DNA from: a virus
Virus record (IMG/VR): IMGVR_UViG_3300047335_000010
Location: 1-42,792 of that record
Length of the DNA: 42,792 nt
Reading direction: 5' to 3' (one strand)
Shown here piece after piece: positions 11,242 through 21,452 of this stretch. Within the stretch, counting starts at the first letter, position 1, and the number at the start of each line of letters is the position of its first letter. Under the pieces are notes generated by a model that saw only the letters and a program-made list of their open reading frames with translations, was not told where the DNA came from and made no database searches. A program made the translations under genes and the position numbers.

Positions 11242-11699
11242 ACCCAAGCTATATTACGTTTGATTATGCTTTGTTCCAATCGCAAATACCGCTGTATGCA
11301 AACACGCAGCAGTATCCGCAATCACTCGTTAATATGTTTTGGACGACCGCGACATTCTATGTTTCAGATATCGGGAATTTTGGCGTAGTACAAGGTGCGG
11401 CGCGAGCGTATGCGATCAACTTAATGACCGGCCATTTACTCTATATCGCCGGGCTCGTATCGCAAGGTACCGTTCCATATTTAATGCAAAATTCAACGAT
11501 CGATAAAGTGACCGTCGGATTGACACCCCCGCCGCTGCATAACCAGTGGCAATGGTGGCTATCGACGAGCGCATACGGCCAGCAATTACTCGCACTCTTA
11601 CAAGTGAATTCCGTTGGCGGGTTTTATATCGGCGGAAGTGCGCCCCGTGCGGCTTTCGGTTACCAAGGCGGACTAATCCCATTTATCGGTAACGGTTAA
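11238..11699 (+). CDS. Head-tail connector protein (DUF4054-like)
   Basis: ATGA overlap with the upstream gene. The N-terminus ([17 protein letters not shown]...) resembles DUF4054 adaptor proteins, and the position fits. Confidence 0.45.
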   Translation: MNPSYITFDYALFQSQIPLYANTQQYPQSLVNMFWTTATFYVSDIGNFGVVQGAARAYAINLMTGHLLYIAGLVSQGTVPYLMQNSTIDKVTVGLTPPPLHNQWQWWLSTSAYGQQLLALLQVNSVGGFYIGGSAPRAAFGYQGGLIPFIGNG

Positions 11700-12196
11700 T
11701 GGTCAAGACCCGACGGGTCAAGACCGACGCGGGCAAGAACCTAGTCGTCGCGCTCGACAATCTCGCCGGTAAAGTCGCAAAAGTCGGATGGTTCGAAAAA
11801 TCGAAATACCCTGAGCCGCCACACCTTCCCGTCGCTTACGTTGCAACTATCCAAGAATACGGTAACTCCGCGGAACATATCCCGCCCCGACCATTTATGC
11901 GCCCAACCGTGATACAAAAGCGTGTAGAATGGAGGGGCGTTGCTGAACGTGGCGCGAAAGCGGTACTCGCTGGTAGGGCGACCGCAGCGGATGTCATGGA
12001 ACAAATTGGGCTCAAGGCGGCCGGGGACGTACGAAAGACGATCTCGCAGATATGGTCGCCCCCATTAAGCCCGCGGACGATCGCGGCAAGGCTTGCGAAG
12101 CGCAAGGACAAGAAGACAATAGGGGCGCTAGATAAACCGCTCGTCGACACAGGGCTAATGCTAGCGACGTTAACGAATACGGTTGAGGACGGATAA
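11699..12196 (+). CDS. Head-tail joining protein (HK97 gp10-like)
   Basis: IPPRPFMRPT motif typical of the HK97 gp10 family. Start overlaps the preceding stop. Confidence 0.55.
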   Translation: MVKTRRVKTDAGKNLVVALDNLAGKVAKVGWFEKSKYPEPPHLPVAYVATIQEYGNSAEHIPPRPFMRPTVIQKRVEWRGVAERGAKAVLAGRATAADVMEQIGLKAAGDVRKTISQIWSPPLSPRTIAARLAKRKDKKTIGALDKPLVDTGLMLATLTNTVEDG

Positions 12197-12198
12197 TA

Positions 12199-12648
12199 AT
12201 GCCGATACCCGGGCAAAACTTATTAAATATGTCGCTGACGGTCATAGCGAAACAAGGCGTGCGGTACTACGAATTTGCGGCGCGTACGCTTAACTCCGTG
12301 GGGCAGTACATAACGACCTATAATCCCGTGCGCGTGATTTACGGAAGCTGGCAGCCCGTCCCACGCAGGTTATACGAGCAACTCGGCCTAGACTGGCAAA
12401 AAGACTATTTTGTTTTATATACGTCGACAAATACGCTCGATGTCACCCGTAATGTATCCGGCGACCAAGTATCATTTAACGGGCAACGATACCAATGTGA
12501 AAGCAATACGGAATGGTTCCAGCTTGACGGGTGGAACGGTATTTTGTGCGTTCACCTAGGCGACGACACGGCCGATACGTCCGTATGGGGTTTCGGTTCG
12601 TTTAACAAGAATTTCGGTTACGGTAATTTTATGAGTAGGGAAACATGA
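12199..12648 (+). CDS. Hypothetical neck / tail-completion protein
   Basis: 149-aa ORF with an RBS, lying between connector and sheath genes. Confidence 0.45.
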   Translation: MPIPGQNLLNMSLTVIAKQGVRYYEFAARTLNSVGQYITTYNPVRVIYGSWQPVPRRLYEQLGLDWQKDYFVLYTSTNTLDVTRNVSGDQVSFNGQRYQCESNTEWFQLDGWNGILCVHLGDDTADTSVWGFGSFNKNFGYGNFMSRET

Positions 12649-13187
12649 CGGATAATCAATTTATACAATTGTTCCTGCCGATCATTAACGCCGGGTTAAT
12701 TGCCGACGGTTTTCCGAATACGGTCGTGCAGGCCGCGAACCAACCAACGCAACAAGGCGTCCCGTTAATACAAACCGTTTTCTTTTTTAAGCTCGCTAAC
12801 AAGCGCTATGGCTTTTTAGGACGGTACGACCTTTGGGACTCGGTGCATTCGACAATGGCGCATACCGAATCGCAATATTATGAAACGACTTTTCAAGTAT
12901 CGGCATTCGTCCCGCAGAATCCGAAGACGCCGAACCAGATCACGGCGAGCGACCTTGTGAACGAAGTCGCGAGCATTATGCAAGCCGATACCACGCTCGC
13001 AACGCTTAACGCAGCCGGGGTCGGGATATTACGAATTACGGATATAACTAACCCTTATTTTATAAGCGACAAAGATCAATTCAAGGCGTCGCCCTCATTT
13101 GATTTTACGCTAACGTCATTGGCAAATAGAATATCTAGCACGCCTAAGCTACAATTACCCATAACGCTCGACATACAAGGAGTTTGA
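12645..13187 (+). CDS. Hypothetical tail terminator/completion protein
   Basis: 180-aa ORF with ATGA overlap, immediately upstream of the sheath gene. Confidence 0.45.
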   Translation: MTDNQFIQLFLPIINAGLIADGFPNTVVQAANQPTQQGVPLIQTVFFFKLANKRYGFLGRYDLWDSVHSTMAHTESQYYETTFQVSAFVPQNPKTPNQITASDLVNEVASIMQADTTLATLNAAGVGILRITDITNPYFISDKDQFKASPSFDFTLTSLANRISSTPKLQLPITLDIQGV

Positions 13188-13190
13188 TTT

Positions 13191-14954
13191 ATGAGCATTT
13201 CCATACAGCGCTACGTCGACATAACGTCAGGCGTCGGCGCGTCCCCGCTAGTTCCCGCCCGCGATCTGATCGGCAGGGTATTTACGGCGAATAATTTATT
13301 GCCGCCACAAAGTTTTATTTCGTTTACGAATGCGGCAGATGTAGGAACCTATTTCGGTTTATCTTCCGAAGAGTATTTGCGAGCCGTATTCTATTTTTCG
13401 TGGATCTCCAAGAATTTAACACAACCGCAAAGTATCCAGTTTGCAAGATGGATGCAAGCCGCGGCCGCTCCGTCAATTATTCCTTTGAACAATAATGGAA
13501 CGACTCTTGCGGCATGGAACGCGATAAGCTCCGGTTCATTTGTGTTAACGATGGGTGGCTTTACTTTCACTCTTACCGGAATTGATACCAGCGCCGCGAG
13601 TGATCTTGCAACCGTTGCCGGCGATATACAAACGGCGATCCGCGCCCAATCGGGCGGTGGTTCGATGTGGACTTCCGCAACCGTGGTTTATTCCGCGGCA
13701 TATGGCGGGTTCATCTTAACCGGTGGCGCGAATGGCGTCGTGACTAATCCGATCAATGTCGTTGTCGGCGGAGGCGGTACAGATATTACGGGTGCAGGGC
13801 TTCTCGGATGGTTGCCTCAACAAGTATTAAGCAACGGGAATTTAATCTCGACCGGCGCGATATGGTCGACCGGATCAGCCGCCGAGACTATTACACAGAC
13901 GTTAACGAACAGTGCGGCCGGGTCAAATAATTTCGGGTCGTTTTTGTTTCTGACAAATTTAGGTATTACGCAGCAAAATATGGTCGACGCGGCAACGTGG
14001 AATTTCGCCGAAAATGTTTTATATATGTATCTACAAGCCGTTACTCCGGCGAATATTGCCACATGGCAAGCGGCAGTCGCAGCGATCGGCGGTATCGGGT
14101 TAACAGTTTCCCCCGTTATTTCGACACAAATAACCGGAACGGTAACAAGTTCCTCCAACGTCGTGACCGCGATGTCCTCGACCGCAGGCTTGACAATAGG
14201 TATGCCCGTTAGTGGAACAGATATCCCGGCCGGTACAGTCGTTACTAGCATTGTCTCAGCGACCAGCGTGACACTGTCGAACGCTGCAACCGGCGGCGTG
14301 ACTGGACTACTTACTTTCACGACATTACAATTCCCCGAACAATTCCCCATGATGATACTTGCTGCGACTAATTACGCGGCGTTTAATAGCGTACAGAATT
14401 ACGAGTTTCAGCAAGTCGCAGGCTTGACCCCCAGCGTGATGGACGATGCAACTGCGAACGCGTACGACAGTATCAATGTTAACTACTACGGCGTAACTCA
14501 ACAGGCTGGATCGCAGATCGCGTTTTATCAGCAAGGCTTATTGCAAGGCGCGAGCGTTGCGGGCGTCATTGTCGATATGACAGCGTATGCAAATGAAATA
14601 TGGTTAAAGGACGCGGCGACCGTTGCGGTCATGAATTTGTTATTGTCCGTCAACCAGATTCCCGCCAACATTTATGGCGCGAGCCAGATTTTAGGAATCT
14701 TGCAGGGCGTCATTAACGTGGCATTAAATAACGGGACGATTAGCGTCGGCAAGACCTTAACGACCGCGCAACAAATGTATATCACGTCCGCAACGGGCGA
14801 CCCGCTTGCATGGTACCAAGTGCAGAATAACGGTTATTGGGTCGATGTCGTGATTACAAGCCCGAGCCCGAATATTTTCGTCGCAACTTACGTTTTGATC
14901 TATAGCAAAGACGACGTGATTCGTAAGGTTATAGGGACGCATACGCTAATATAA
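13191..14954 (+). CDS. Tail sheath protein (DUF3383-like) carrying an inserted ~60-aa module
   Basis: 587 aa with RBS AAGGAG. The N-terminus [15 protein letters not shown]... resembles DUF3383 sheath proteins, and a small tube-like gene follows. Confidence 0.65.
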   Translation: MSISIQRYVDITSGVGASPLVPARDLIGRVFTANNLLPPQSFISFTNAADVGTYFGLSSEEYLRAVFYFSWISKNLTQPQSIQFARWMQAAAAPSIIPLNNNGTTLAAWNAISSGSFVLTMGGFTFTLTGIDTSAASDLATVAGDIQTAIRAQSGGGSMWTSATVVYSAAYGGFILTGGANGVVTNPINVVVGGGGTDITGAGLLGWLPQQVLSNGNLISTGAIWSTGSAAETITQTLTNSAAGSNNFGSFLFLTNLGITQQNMVDAATWNFAENVLYMYLQAVTPANIATWQAAVAAIGGIGLTVSPVISTQITGTVTSSSNVVTAMSSTAGLTIGMPVSGTDIPAGTVVTSIVSATSVTLSNAATGGVTGLLTFTTLQFPEQFPMMILAATNYAAFNSVQNYEFQQVAGLTPSVMDDATANAYDSINVNYYGVTQQAGSQIAFYQQGLLQGASVAGVIVDMTAYANEIWLKDAATVAVMNLLLSVNQIPANIYGASQILGILQGVINVALNNGTISVGKTLTTAQQMYITSATGDPLAWYQVQNNGYWVDVVITSPSPNIFVATYVLIYSKDDVIRKVIGTHTLI

Positions 14955-14968
14955 AAGGATATTTAATT

Positions 14969-15415
14969 ATGCAAAATATTTCAGGATATGGCTTTCGAGT
15001 CAATATTATCGCGTCGAACACTTTCCCGGTGGGCGTTGTCGTCTCGTCTTTTGCAGATGATGCCGACCCGTTCGATATCCCCTCTATCCAGATTGCAGAT
15101 AAAGCAATGGGGATTAACGGTGACTTAATCATATGGTCGAAAGCAAACCCAATTATCATTACGTTAAATATGATCCCGCAAAGTAATGACGATTTATTAT
15201 TGGCGACTTTACTCGAAGCGAATCGCGTCGGACGTGGAAAAACCGGCGCGCGTGACATCATTACAATGACCGGTATTTATCCGAACGGTACGCCGATTAT
15301 CTTGAGTAATGGCGCGATCACGGATGGTTTACCGGGGTCGGCCGTTGCAAGCTCTGGACGGTTGAAATCCAAGACTTATACTTTCGCATTCGAAAATAAG
15401 ACAGGCGGTTTATAA
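14969..15415 (+). CDS. Tail tube protein (DUF3277-like)
   Basis: 148-aa ORF directly after the sheath gene and before the chaperone/frameshift pair. Confidence 0.6.
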   Translation: MQNISGYGFRVNIIASNTFPVGVVVSSFADDADPFDIPSIQIADKAMGINGDLIIWSKANPIIITLNMIPQSNDDLLLATLLEANRVGRGKTGARDIITMTGIYPNGTPIILSNGAITDGLPGSAVASSGRLKSKTYTFAFENKTGGL

Positions 15416-15831
15416 TGCAATTGTTAGAACCGAAAGAAGTTATCATCGACGATCGTGCGTTCGTTTTATCGAAATTCCCGGCCGTTGCAGGCCGTGAAAT
15501 CGTTGCGAATTATCCGACGAGCGCATTACCAAAAATCGGCGATTATAAAATTAACGAAGCGATAATGTTAAAATTAATGAATTTCGTCGGCGTTCCGAAG
15601 GGCGATACTATTTTGCGATTAAGCTCGCAGGCGCTTATTGATAATCATGTTGGTGGATGGGAAATGCTCGTCAAGGTCGAGGCGGCTATGCTTGAGTATA
15701 ATTGCAGTTTTTTTCAAGACGGGCGAATCTCGACTTTCTTTCAAGATGCCGCCCGGAACATGCCACGGTGGATTATCAAAACATTGACGGACTTTTCGGC
15801 GCAATTATCGCAGAAGGAAAAGCAACACTAA
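15415..15831 (+). CDS. Tail assembly chaperone (0-frame product)
   Basis: 138 aa, immediately upstream of the tape measure gene. It contains the T7 slippery run. Confidence 0.7.
   Translation: MQLLEPKEVIIDDRAFVLSKFPAVAGREIVANYPTSALPKIGDYKINEAIMLKLMNFVGVPKGDTILRLSSQALIDNHVGGWEMLVKVEAAMLEYNCSFFQDGRISTFFQDAARNMPRWIIKTLTDFSAQLSQKEKQH
15708..15714 (+). promoter_or_regulatory. Programmed -1 ribosomal frameshift slippery heptamer T TTT TTT
   Basis: In the 0 frame the sequence reads agT TTT TTT caa (..CSFFQ..). The -1 frame is open from here to 15953. Confidence 0.7.
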
Positions 15832-15953
15832 ACGAATTGAAGACGATCTACACGCTCGAAGAGGCGCTCGATTTATTCGAAGTTATTGCGGTCACTCGAT
15901 ACAATGAGCATTTAGCGATGGAACACGCGAAAAAGCAGGGCGCGAAAAAATGA
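15714..15953 (+). CDS. -1 frame extension of the tail assembly chaperone (fusion 15415..15714 + 15714..15953)
   Basis: The -1 ORF (ORF track 15702..15953) overlaps the 3' end of the chaperone gene. It ends in ATGA overlap with the tape measure start. Confidence 0.65.
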   Translation, partial: SRRANLDFLSRCRPEHATVDYQNIDGLFGAIIAEGKATLNELKTIYTLEEALDLFEVIAVTRYNEHLAMEHAKKQGAKK

Positions 15954-17221
15954 GCATATTAGAGACGTTTTATATTCTTTTTAAGGGCGATAATACCGAC
16001 GTCAAGAAGGCGGCAAAAGAATCGGAAAAATCCGTCGACGATCTCGGAAATAAAATCGAAAGTACTTTTAAGAAAGTCGATAAAACGACCGCACGCGTTA
16101 ATCAATCATTCTATGACCTTGCAAAATCCGCGCTCGCCTTCGTCGGTGCGACAACCGCAGCCTATACAATCCTTCATAAATCAATCGAGGCGTCGAATTT
16201 TGCGGGCGAGCTCGGGAATACCGCAAAAGCCCTCGGCGTGAATGTTAGTGCGCTCGATGCGTGGGGGCAGGCCGTGCAACGAACCGGCGGAACGGCCGAA
16301 GGTTTTCAATCGTCATTAAGAAGTCTCGCACAGCATTTCGGCGTGAGTGCAGGCGTCGCGCTTAAAACATTACCGCAACTGGCGGACGCGTTTAAACGTC
16401 TCGGCAATTATCGTTCGCAATATTATGGTAAAGCGCTCGGCCTAGACGAAGCGACAATTTTACTATTGCAGCAAGGACGGCGCGAAGTCGAAGCGATTAT
16501 CGCACGACAAAAAGAACTGGGAACCGTAACGGAAAAAGATGTCGAAATATCCAACAAATTTAAAATTGCGAATCTGGAACTATCTCTCGCGTTCCGTAGT
16601 TTATATTTAGTCGTCGCGCAAGATATCATCCCGGTATTTACGAAGGCCTACCATGCGATCTTGCCGTTTATTGATTACCTGAAATCGCATAAAGACCTTG
16701 TGATCGGTGCATTAATCGGGATTGGAATTGCCGCGGCAATTATCGCGGGCGCTTTTGTCGTTGCGAATGGCGCATTATTTGCAACGATAGCCGCAATTAC
16801 AATATTAATCGGTTTATTCGCGGGCGCGTATGAAGATATTAAAGCCTACATTCAAGGTAATAGTTCGTTAACGGGGGATTTACTTAAGCGCTGGACGAAT
16901 GTAAAAAACCTATTTAGTGACATACTTGAGATCATGAAAAAAATGTTTTCTTTTGCGAACCTTCCGGGCGCAGGCGCAGCGATAGGCTTTGCACAAAAAG
17001 CCTTAAATTGGGCGACTTCTTCCGGTTCGCAATTAACAGCGGGTTCGTCGGAATTTTTTAATCGTCAGTTCGCACAAAACTCTAATGTGAATGTATCGAG
17101 CGTCGTGATTAATACACAAGCAACGGATGCGAAAGGTATTGCTGCCGATTTTACAAAAGAATTAATCACGAAGCATACTTGGCAGGCCACGAATCAATTC
17201 AGTGACGGGATGGCATACTAA
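15950..17221 (+). CDS. Tape measure protein
   Basis: 423 aa, helical, with a hydrophobic segment (LVIGALIGIGIAAAIIAGAFVVANGALFATIAAITILIGLFAGA). It sits after the frameshifted chaperones. Confidence 0.7.
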   Translation: MSILETFYILFKGDNTDVKKAAKESEKSVDDLGNKIESTFKKVDKTTARVNQSFYDLAKSALAFVGATTAAYTILHKSIEASNFAGELGNTAKALGVNVSALDAWGQAVQRTGGTAEGFQSSLRSLAQHFGVSAGVALKTLPQLADAFKRLGNYRSQYYGKALGLDEATILLLQQGRREVEAIIARQKELGTVTEKDVEISNKFKIANLELSLAFRSLYLVVAQDIIPVFTKAYHAILPFIDYLKSHKDLVIGALIGIGIAAAIIAGAFVVANGALFATIAAITILIGLFAGAYEDIKAYIQGNSSLTGDLLKRWTNVKNLFSDILEIMKKMFSFANLPGAGAAIGFAQKALNWATSSGSQLTAGSSEFFNRQFAQNSNVNVSSVVINTQATDAKGIAADFTKELITKHTWQATNQFSDGMAY

Positions 17222-17796
17222 TGGCTTTTAATCCGATTAATGTAATCAGTACATTATTACCGTCATATGCAACGGACACGGTCGCTATTTTCGATCAAGA
17301 TTATAACCAGTTATTTCGTAACGCTCGCGCGATTAAAGCGGTCGTAAAAGAACAATCTAAAGTCATGGAACACCCCGTCGAATCCGGGGCGATCATTACC
17401 GACCATAGGATCGTGTTGCCGGTCGAGATAGATTTATCGTTGATACTCTCGTCGATTGACTATCAAGATGTTTACGCAGCAATAAAACAATTTTACCTTA
17501 ATGCAACTTTGCTAGTCGTGCAGACCCGATCCGATATTTATACGAACCAGTTAATATCCGCGTTACCGCATGAAGAAGACCCGACAATGTATGACGCGCT
17601 TACGCTCGCGCTATCGCTTAAAGAAGTGATAATGGTAACGGCGCAGTACGCAACGCCGCGACATCCGGCGAGCACGAATACAAGGAACCGGGGGACGCAA
17701 CAGACGACGCCCGCAACGCCGATGCAAATGACCTTTTTCCAGCAAGCCGCCTATGGAATCCAGAAAGGGTATAAATACTTGACGGGAGGGCGCTAG
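17221..17796 (+). CDS. Tail/baseplate assembly protein, function unknown
   Basis: 191-aa ORF whose start overlaps the tape measure stop. Assigned by position only. Confidence 0.4.
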   Translation: MAFNPINVISTLLPSYATDTVAIFDQDYNQLFRNARAIKAVVKEQSKVMEHPVESGAIITDHRIVLPVEIDLSLILSSIDYQDVYAAIKQFYLNATLLVVQTRSDIYTNQLISALPHEEDPTMYDALTLALSLKEVIMVTAQYATPRHPASTNTRNRGTQQTTPATPMQMTFFQQAAYGIQKGYKYLTGGR

Positions 17797-17798
17797 CC

Positions 17799-18131
17799 AT
17801 GCAACAAGTGCCGATCACGAATACTCCGAATCAATCACTCTCGTTTACCGCAGACGGTAACGAATACAGTATCCGCATACATACGACGGGCGACAATGAT
17901 GAAGCCGGTACGGAAGTCATGACGTTTGATATCTCGATTAATAGTGTTGTTATCGTGACTGGTATTCGCGCCGTCGCGGGCTTCCCGATCATTCCATCTC
18001 TTTATCTCGAAAACGGGAATTTCGTCGTGCTGACGGACAATGACGACCTACCCGACTGGAACCAATTCGGCATTAGCCAATATTTAGTTTACGCCTCACA
18101 AGCCGAACTTTTGGCGATAACAACGCCATGA
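17799..18131 (+). CDS. Small baseplate-module protein
   Basis: 110-aa ORF with RBS GGGAGGG in the baseplate gene run. Confidence 0.4.
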   Translation: MQQVPITNTPNQSLSFTADGNEYSIRIHTTGDNDEAGTEVMTFDISINSVVIVTGIRAVAGFPIIPSLYLENGNFVVLTDNDDLPDWNQFGISQYLVYASQAELLAITTP

Positions 18132-18967
18132 TGACCGCGAATGCAATTGACCAGCGCGTGATTAACGTTGCGATCCAAGTGAGCGGCGGGACTAAAATTT
18201 ATTCTTACCCGTTAATGATCCGCGCGACCGGTACGAAATACGCGAACGCATTACAAAACGAAGCGGAAATAATACTTACGAATTTAGACCGTGAAACGCA
18301 AGATTATATCCTTACCGAAACATCACCGTATAATTTAAATCGCACGCCCAAAACGGTCACGCTGTCCGCAGGGCGTGAAAGTTACGGCACGGCAGTTATA
18401 TATGTCGGAAATATTGTGACGTCACGCGTTACGCAACCGCCCGATATCGGCATTGTATTAAAATGTTTAACGGGTAATTTCATCAAGGGAAATATTCTCG
18501 CGCGTAGCCAGCCGGGACAAGCGACATTGAGCCAGATATCAAAACAGATTAACCAAGACCTAGGCACACTTTTAAATTTCCAAGCGACCGACCGAAACAT
18601 ATCGAATTATAATTTTACGGGAGCCGCCCCGAAGCAGGTCGATTTATTAAATTCCTTCGGCGGTATTAATGCGTTCGTTGACGATAATACTTTATTCGTT
18701 TTGAACGCGGGCAAGGCATTGCGGGGCAAGATAAAAATTGTGAACGCAACGACGGGCATGATCGGCATACCGGAATTTACCGAATGGGGCATTAAAGTTA
18801 AATTTTTACTTGATAACCAGACATCTATCGGTGGTGGATTAATGTTAACAAGCCAGCAGTACCCGGCCGCCAATGGCACGTATATTATTTATAAACTCGG
18901 CTTTGATATCGCAACGCGCGATACGCCGTTTTATTATATCGCGGAATGTCGGAGGGTATCAGCATGA
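18128..18967 (+). CDS. Baseplate hub-like protein
   Basis: 279 aa with ATGATG overlap, directly upstream of the central spike gene, as in Mu/P2-type baseplates. Confidence 0.45.
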   Translation: MMTANAIDQRVINVAIQVSGGTKIYSYPLMIRATGTKYANALQNEAEIILTNLDRETQDYILTETSPYNLNRTPKTVTLSAGRESYGTAVIYVGNIVTSRVTQPPDIGIVLKCLTGNFIKGNILARSQPGQATLSQISKQINQDLGTLLNFQATDRNISNYNFTGAAPKQVDLLNSFGGINAFVDDNTLFVLNAGKALRGKIKIVNATTGMIGIPEFTEWGIKVKFLLDNQTSIGGGLMLTSQQYPAANGTYIIYKLGFDIATRDTPFYYIAECRRVSA

Positions 18968-19635
18968 TAAGCGGCAATCCGCCCGATATTGACCCCGCGA
19001 ATAACGATACACTTGCGGGCGTTATGCAATTCGCCTTCACTAAATTACTGCAAGGCGCAAATGGCGTATTACCCGCACAAGTGATTAGCGTGAGCGATGA
19101 TCGTACCCGCGTGTGCGTGCAAATCATGATCGCGGTCGTAACGACTTCGGGCGCGCAAATCACGCGGCCTCAGATCGCAGAGATTCCAGTTTTTACGATG
19201 GGGGGCGGGAATCTTTTTCTTTCGTTTCCGATTGCTCCCGGCAACTTAGGATGGCTAGTCGCAAACGACCGGGACATATCTTTATTTTTACAAACCTATA
19301 AACAAACGGCACCTAATACCGGACGAATTAAAAATTTCGCCGACGCGTTCTTTCTCCCAGATATAATGACAGGGTATACGATCAATTCGGAAGATTCTGC
19401 GAGTGCCGTATTATCGAGCAAGGACGGATCAACCCGAATTGCGATCCATCCTAGCGGCATCAAGATTACGGCCGGGACGGTCACGATTGCCGGGAATGCC
19501 GAAGTGACCGGGACATTCAAGGCCGACACGACGAGCGAGCTCGTCGGGGTCGCAACGTTCGACGCCGGGTCAAATATGAGCGGGACGATTGTATTAACCG
19601 GGTTAGGAACGTACGCGTTCGTTATCTCGCCATAA
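18964..19635 (+). CDS. Baseplate central spike (Gp138 N-terminal / Mu gp45-like)
   Basis: LPAQVISVSDDRTRVCVQ...IAEIPVFTMGGGNLFLSFPIAPGNLGWLVANDRD matches the OB-fold spike N-domain pattern. I prefer the ATG at 18964 (GGAGGG upstream, ATGA overlap) to 18946. Confidence 0.65.
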   Translation: MISGNPPDIDPANNDTLAGVMQFAFTKLLQGANGVLPAQVISVSDDRTRVCVQIMIAVVTTSGAQITRPQIAEIPVFTMGGGNLFLSFPIAPGNLGWLVANDRDISLFLQTYKQTAPNTGRIKNFADAFFLPDIMTGYTINSEDSASAVLSSKDGSTRIAIHPSGIKITAGTVTIAGNAEVTGTFKADTTSELVGVATFDAGSNMSGTIVLTGLGTYAFVISP

Positions 19636-19642
19636 GGAGCCT

Positions 19643-20026
19643 ATGCAAACATTATCCGCAAACGTGAATGATAATATTCCAACAGTCGCTTTTAACGACA
19701 TCTACCTAGACGGCGATAATAATATTTCGGTTAGTTTCGATTTACAGGCCGTATTGCAGGCGTGTGCTCAGGCCGCGCAGACGTTACTCGGCGAGGTATT
19801 CTTAAATGTCAATGAAGGTATTCCGTATTTTCAAACGCTATGGGTCGGCACCCCCAACGTACAGCAATTTAATGCAGCACTCCGGGCGGCCTTTTTAAAC
19901 GTGCCGAACGTCGTTGAAGTAATATCTTTAATGACGTCACAAGTGAATAATAACTTAACGTATACGGCCGTTATCCAGACGACTTTCGGGTCGAGCGGCA
20001 TTCAGGGGACGATAACAAATGACTGA
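19643..20026 (+). CDS. Baseplate wedge protein (gp25/W-like)
   Basis: 127 aa with RBS AAGGAG, located between the spike and J-like genes. Confidence 0.5.
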   Translation: MQTLSANVNDNIPTVAFNDIYLDGDNNISVSFDLQAVLQACAQAAQTLLGEVFLNVNEGIPYFQTLWVGTPNVQQFNAALRAAFLNVPNVVEVISLMTSQVNNNLTYTAVIQTTFGSSGIQGTITND

Positions 20027-21452
20027 CGTTTATAATTATATCGTAGAGACCGGCGTGATTATGCCGGATACGCAAGATATCCAGACCGACGTACAAAACG
20101 AATATCTTGCCGTTTTCCCTTCTCTCAACGTGACTACGGCGGCCACGCCGCAAGGACTTTTAATATCAACAGAAGTCGCGGCACGTCAAGCCGTTGCGGA
20201 CAATAACGCAAACCTTGCGAACCAGATCAACCCGAATGTGGCGGGGGGAGTCTTTCTCGATGCGATTATGGCACTAACCGGGAGTTTCCGAACGCCCGGG
20301 ACGCCTTCAAGCGCGCTTTGTACGATTACGGGCGTTGTCGGGACGTCTATCCCGGCAGGCGCACAGATATCAGATGCGAACGGTAACTTATACCAACTCG
20401 TTAATGTGACCGTGATCCCGTCGGGCGGCACGATCACCGGTGTATTATTTACGTCTGTCTTGCTCGGCGCAGTGCCGGGCGTGGCGAACACACTAACGAC
20501 GATCGTTTCAAATATCCTCGGGTGGGAAACGGTCACTAATCCAGCGGCCGCCATGCTAGGCGCGGCGACGCAATCAGATGCGTCCGCGCGCGCGTTCCGT
20601 GCGAACACGCTCGCGCTACAGGCCAGCGGCCTTGCACAAGCTATGACGAGCGCAGTCTATGCGGTCATTGGTGGGGGTGGCGGCACGTTAAGCTTTCTTG
20701 AGAATGCGACGAGCTCGCCAGCGACACCGGGCGGGTTTACGATGGTCGCTAACTCAATTTATATGTGCGTTAACCCGGGCGGTGCGACATTAACATCCAT
20801 CGCGCAAGCCATGACGAACACTAAGGGTGGCGGGTGCGCGTATAATCAAGGATTCGGCGTTCCTCAAGGCGTACCGATCACAAATTCGTATAGCGCGCAG
20901 ACGATCACCGTTTTATTTGATACGCCGAACTTCGTAACGATCGGCATTATTGTACACGTCACAAACTTTAATAACGTGCAAGATGTACCGAGCGCGGTAC
21001 AAAACGCGATATTAACTTATGCCGGCGGCGGGATACCGAACGAGCCGGGCTTTGCGGTCGGTGCGAATGTTTCACCCTTCCAGATCGCGGGCGCTATTAA
21101 TATTCTTGTGCCCGGGTTGTTCGTCTCGGAAGTACAAGTCGCGGTAAACTCATTTACGCAAATCGGTAAACTGAATGCGTCAAGTATGGCCGTCAATGAT
21201 ATGACGTATACGAGTGATATCACGACCGGATTGATCGTTACCGATCCGCTGGGATATTTACCGAGCGGCACAACCGTCGCGAGCATAACGGACTCAAACG
21301 ATATTGCGTTAAACAATAACTCAACTACGACCGCGACAGAAATTCTAACATTCTCCCCGGCGTCGCCGTCGTTTCAAACGACCGAGATCACAATAAAAGT
21401 ATTTCAACAGGCCGTTACGAACGCGAACATAATCACGGTGATCTCGTCATGA
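20019..21452 (+). CDS. Baseplate J-like protein with C-terminal inserted module
   Basis: 477 aa, with size and position typical of Baseplate_J proteins. Confidence 0.6.
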   Translation: MTDVYNYIVETGVIMPDTQDIQTDVQNEYLAVFPSLNVTTAATPQGLLISTEVAARQAVADNNANLANQINPNVAGGVFLDAIMALTGSFRTPGTPSSALCTITGVVGTSIPAGAQISDANGNLYQLVNVTVIPSGGTITGVLFTSVLLGAVPGVANTLTTIVSNILGWETVTNPAAAMLGAATQSDASARAFRANTLALQASGLAQAMTSAVYAVIGGGGGTLSFLENATSSPATPGGFTMVANSIYMCVNPGGATLTSIAQAMTNTKGGGCAYNQGFGVPQGVPITNSYSAQTITVLFDTPNFVTIGIIVHVTNFNNVQDVPSAVQNAILTYAGGGIPNEPGFAVGANVSPFQIAGAINILVPGLFVSEVQVAVNSFTQIGKLNASSMAVNDMTYTSDITTGLIVTDPLGYLPSGTTVASITDSNDIALNNNSTTTATEILTFSPASPSFQTTEITIKVFQQAVTNANIITVISS

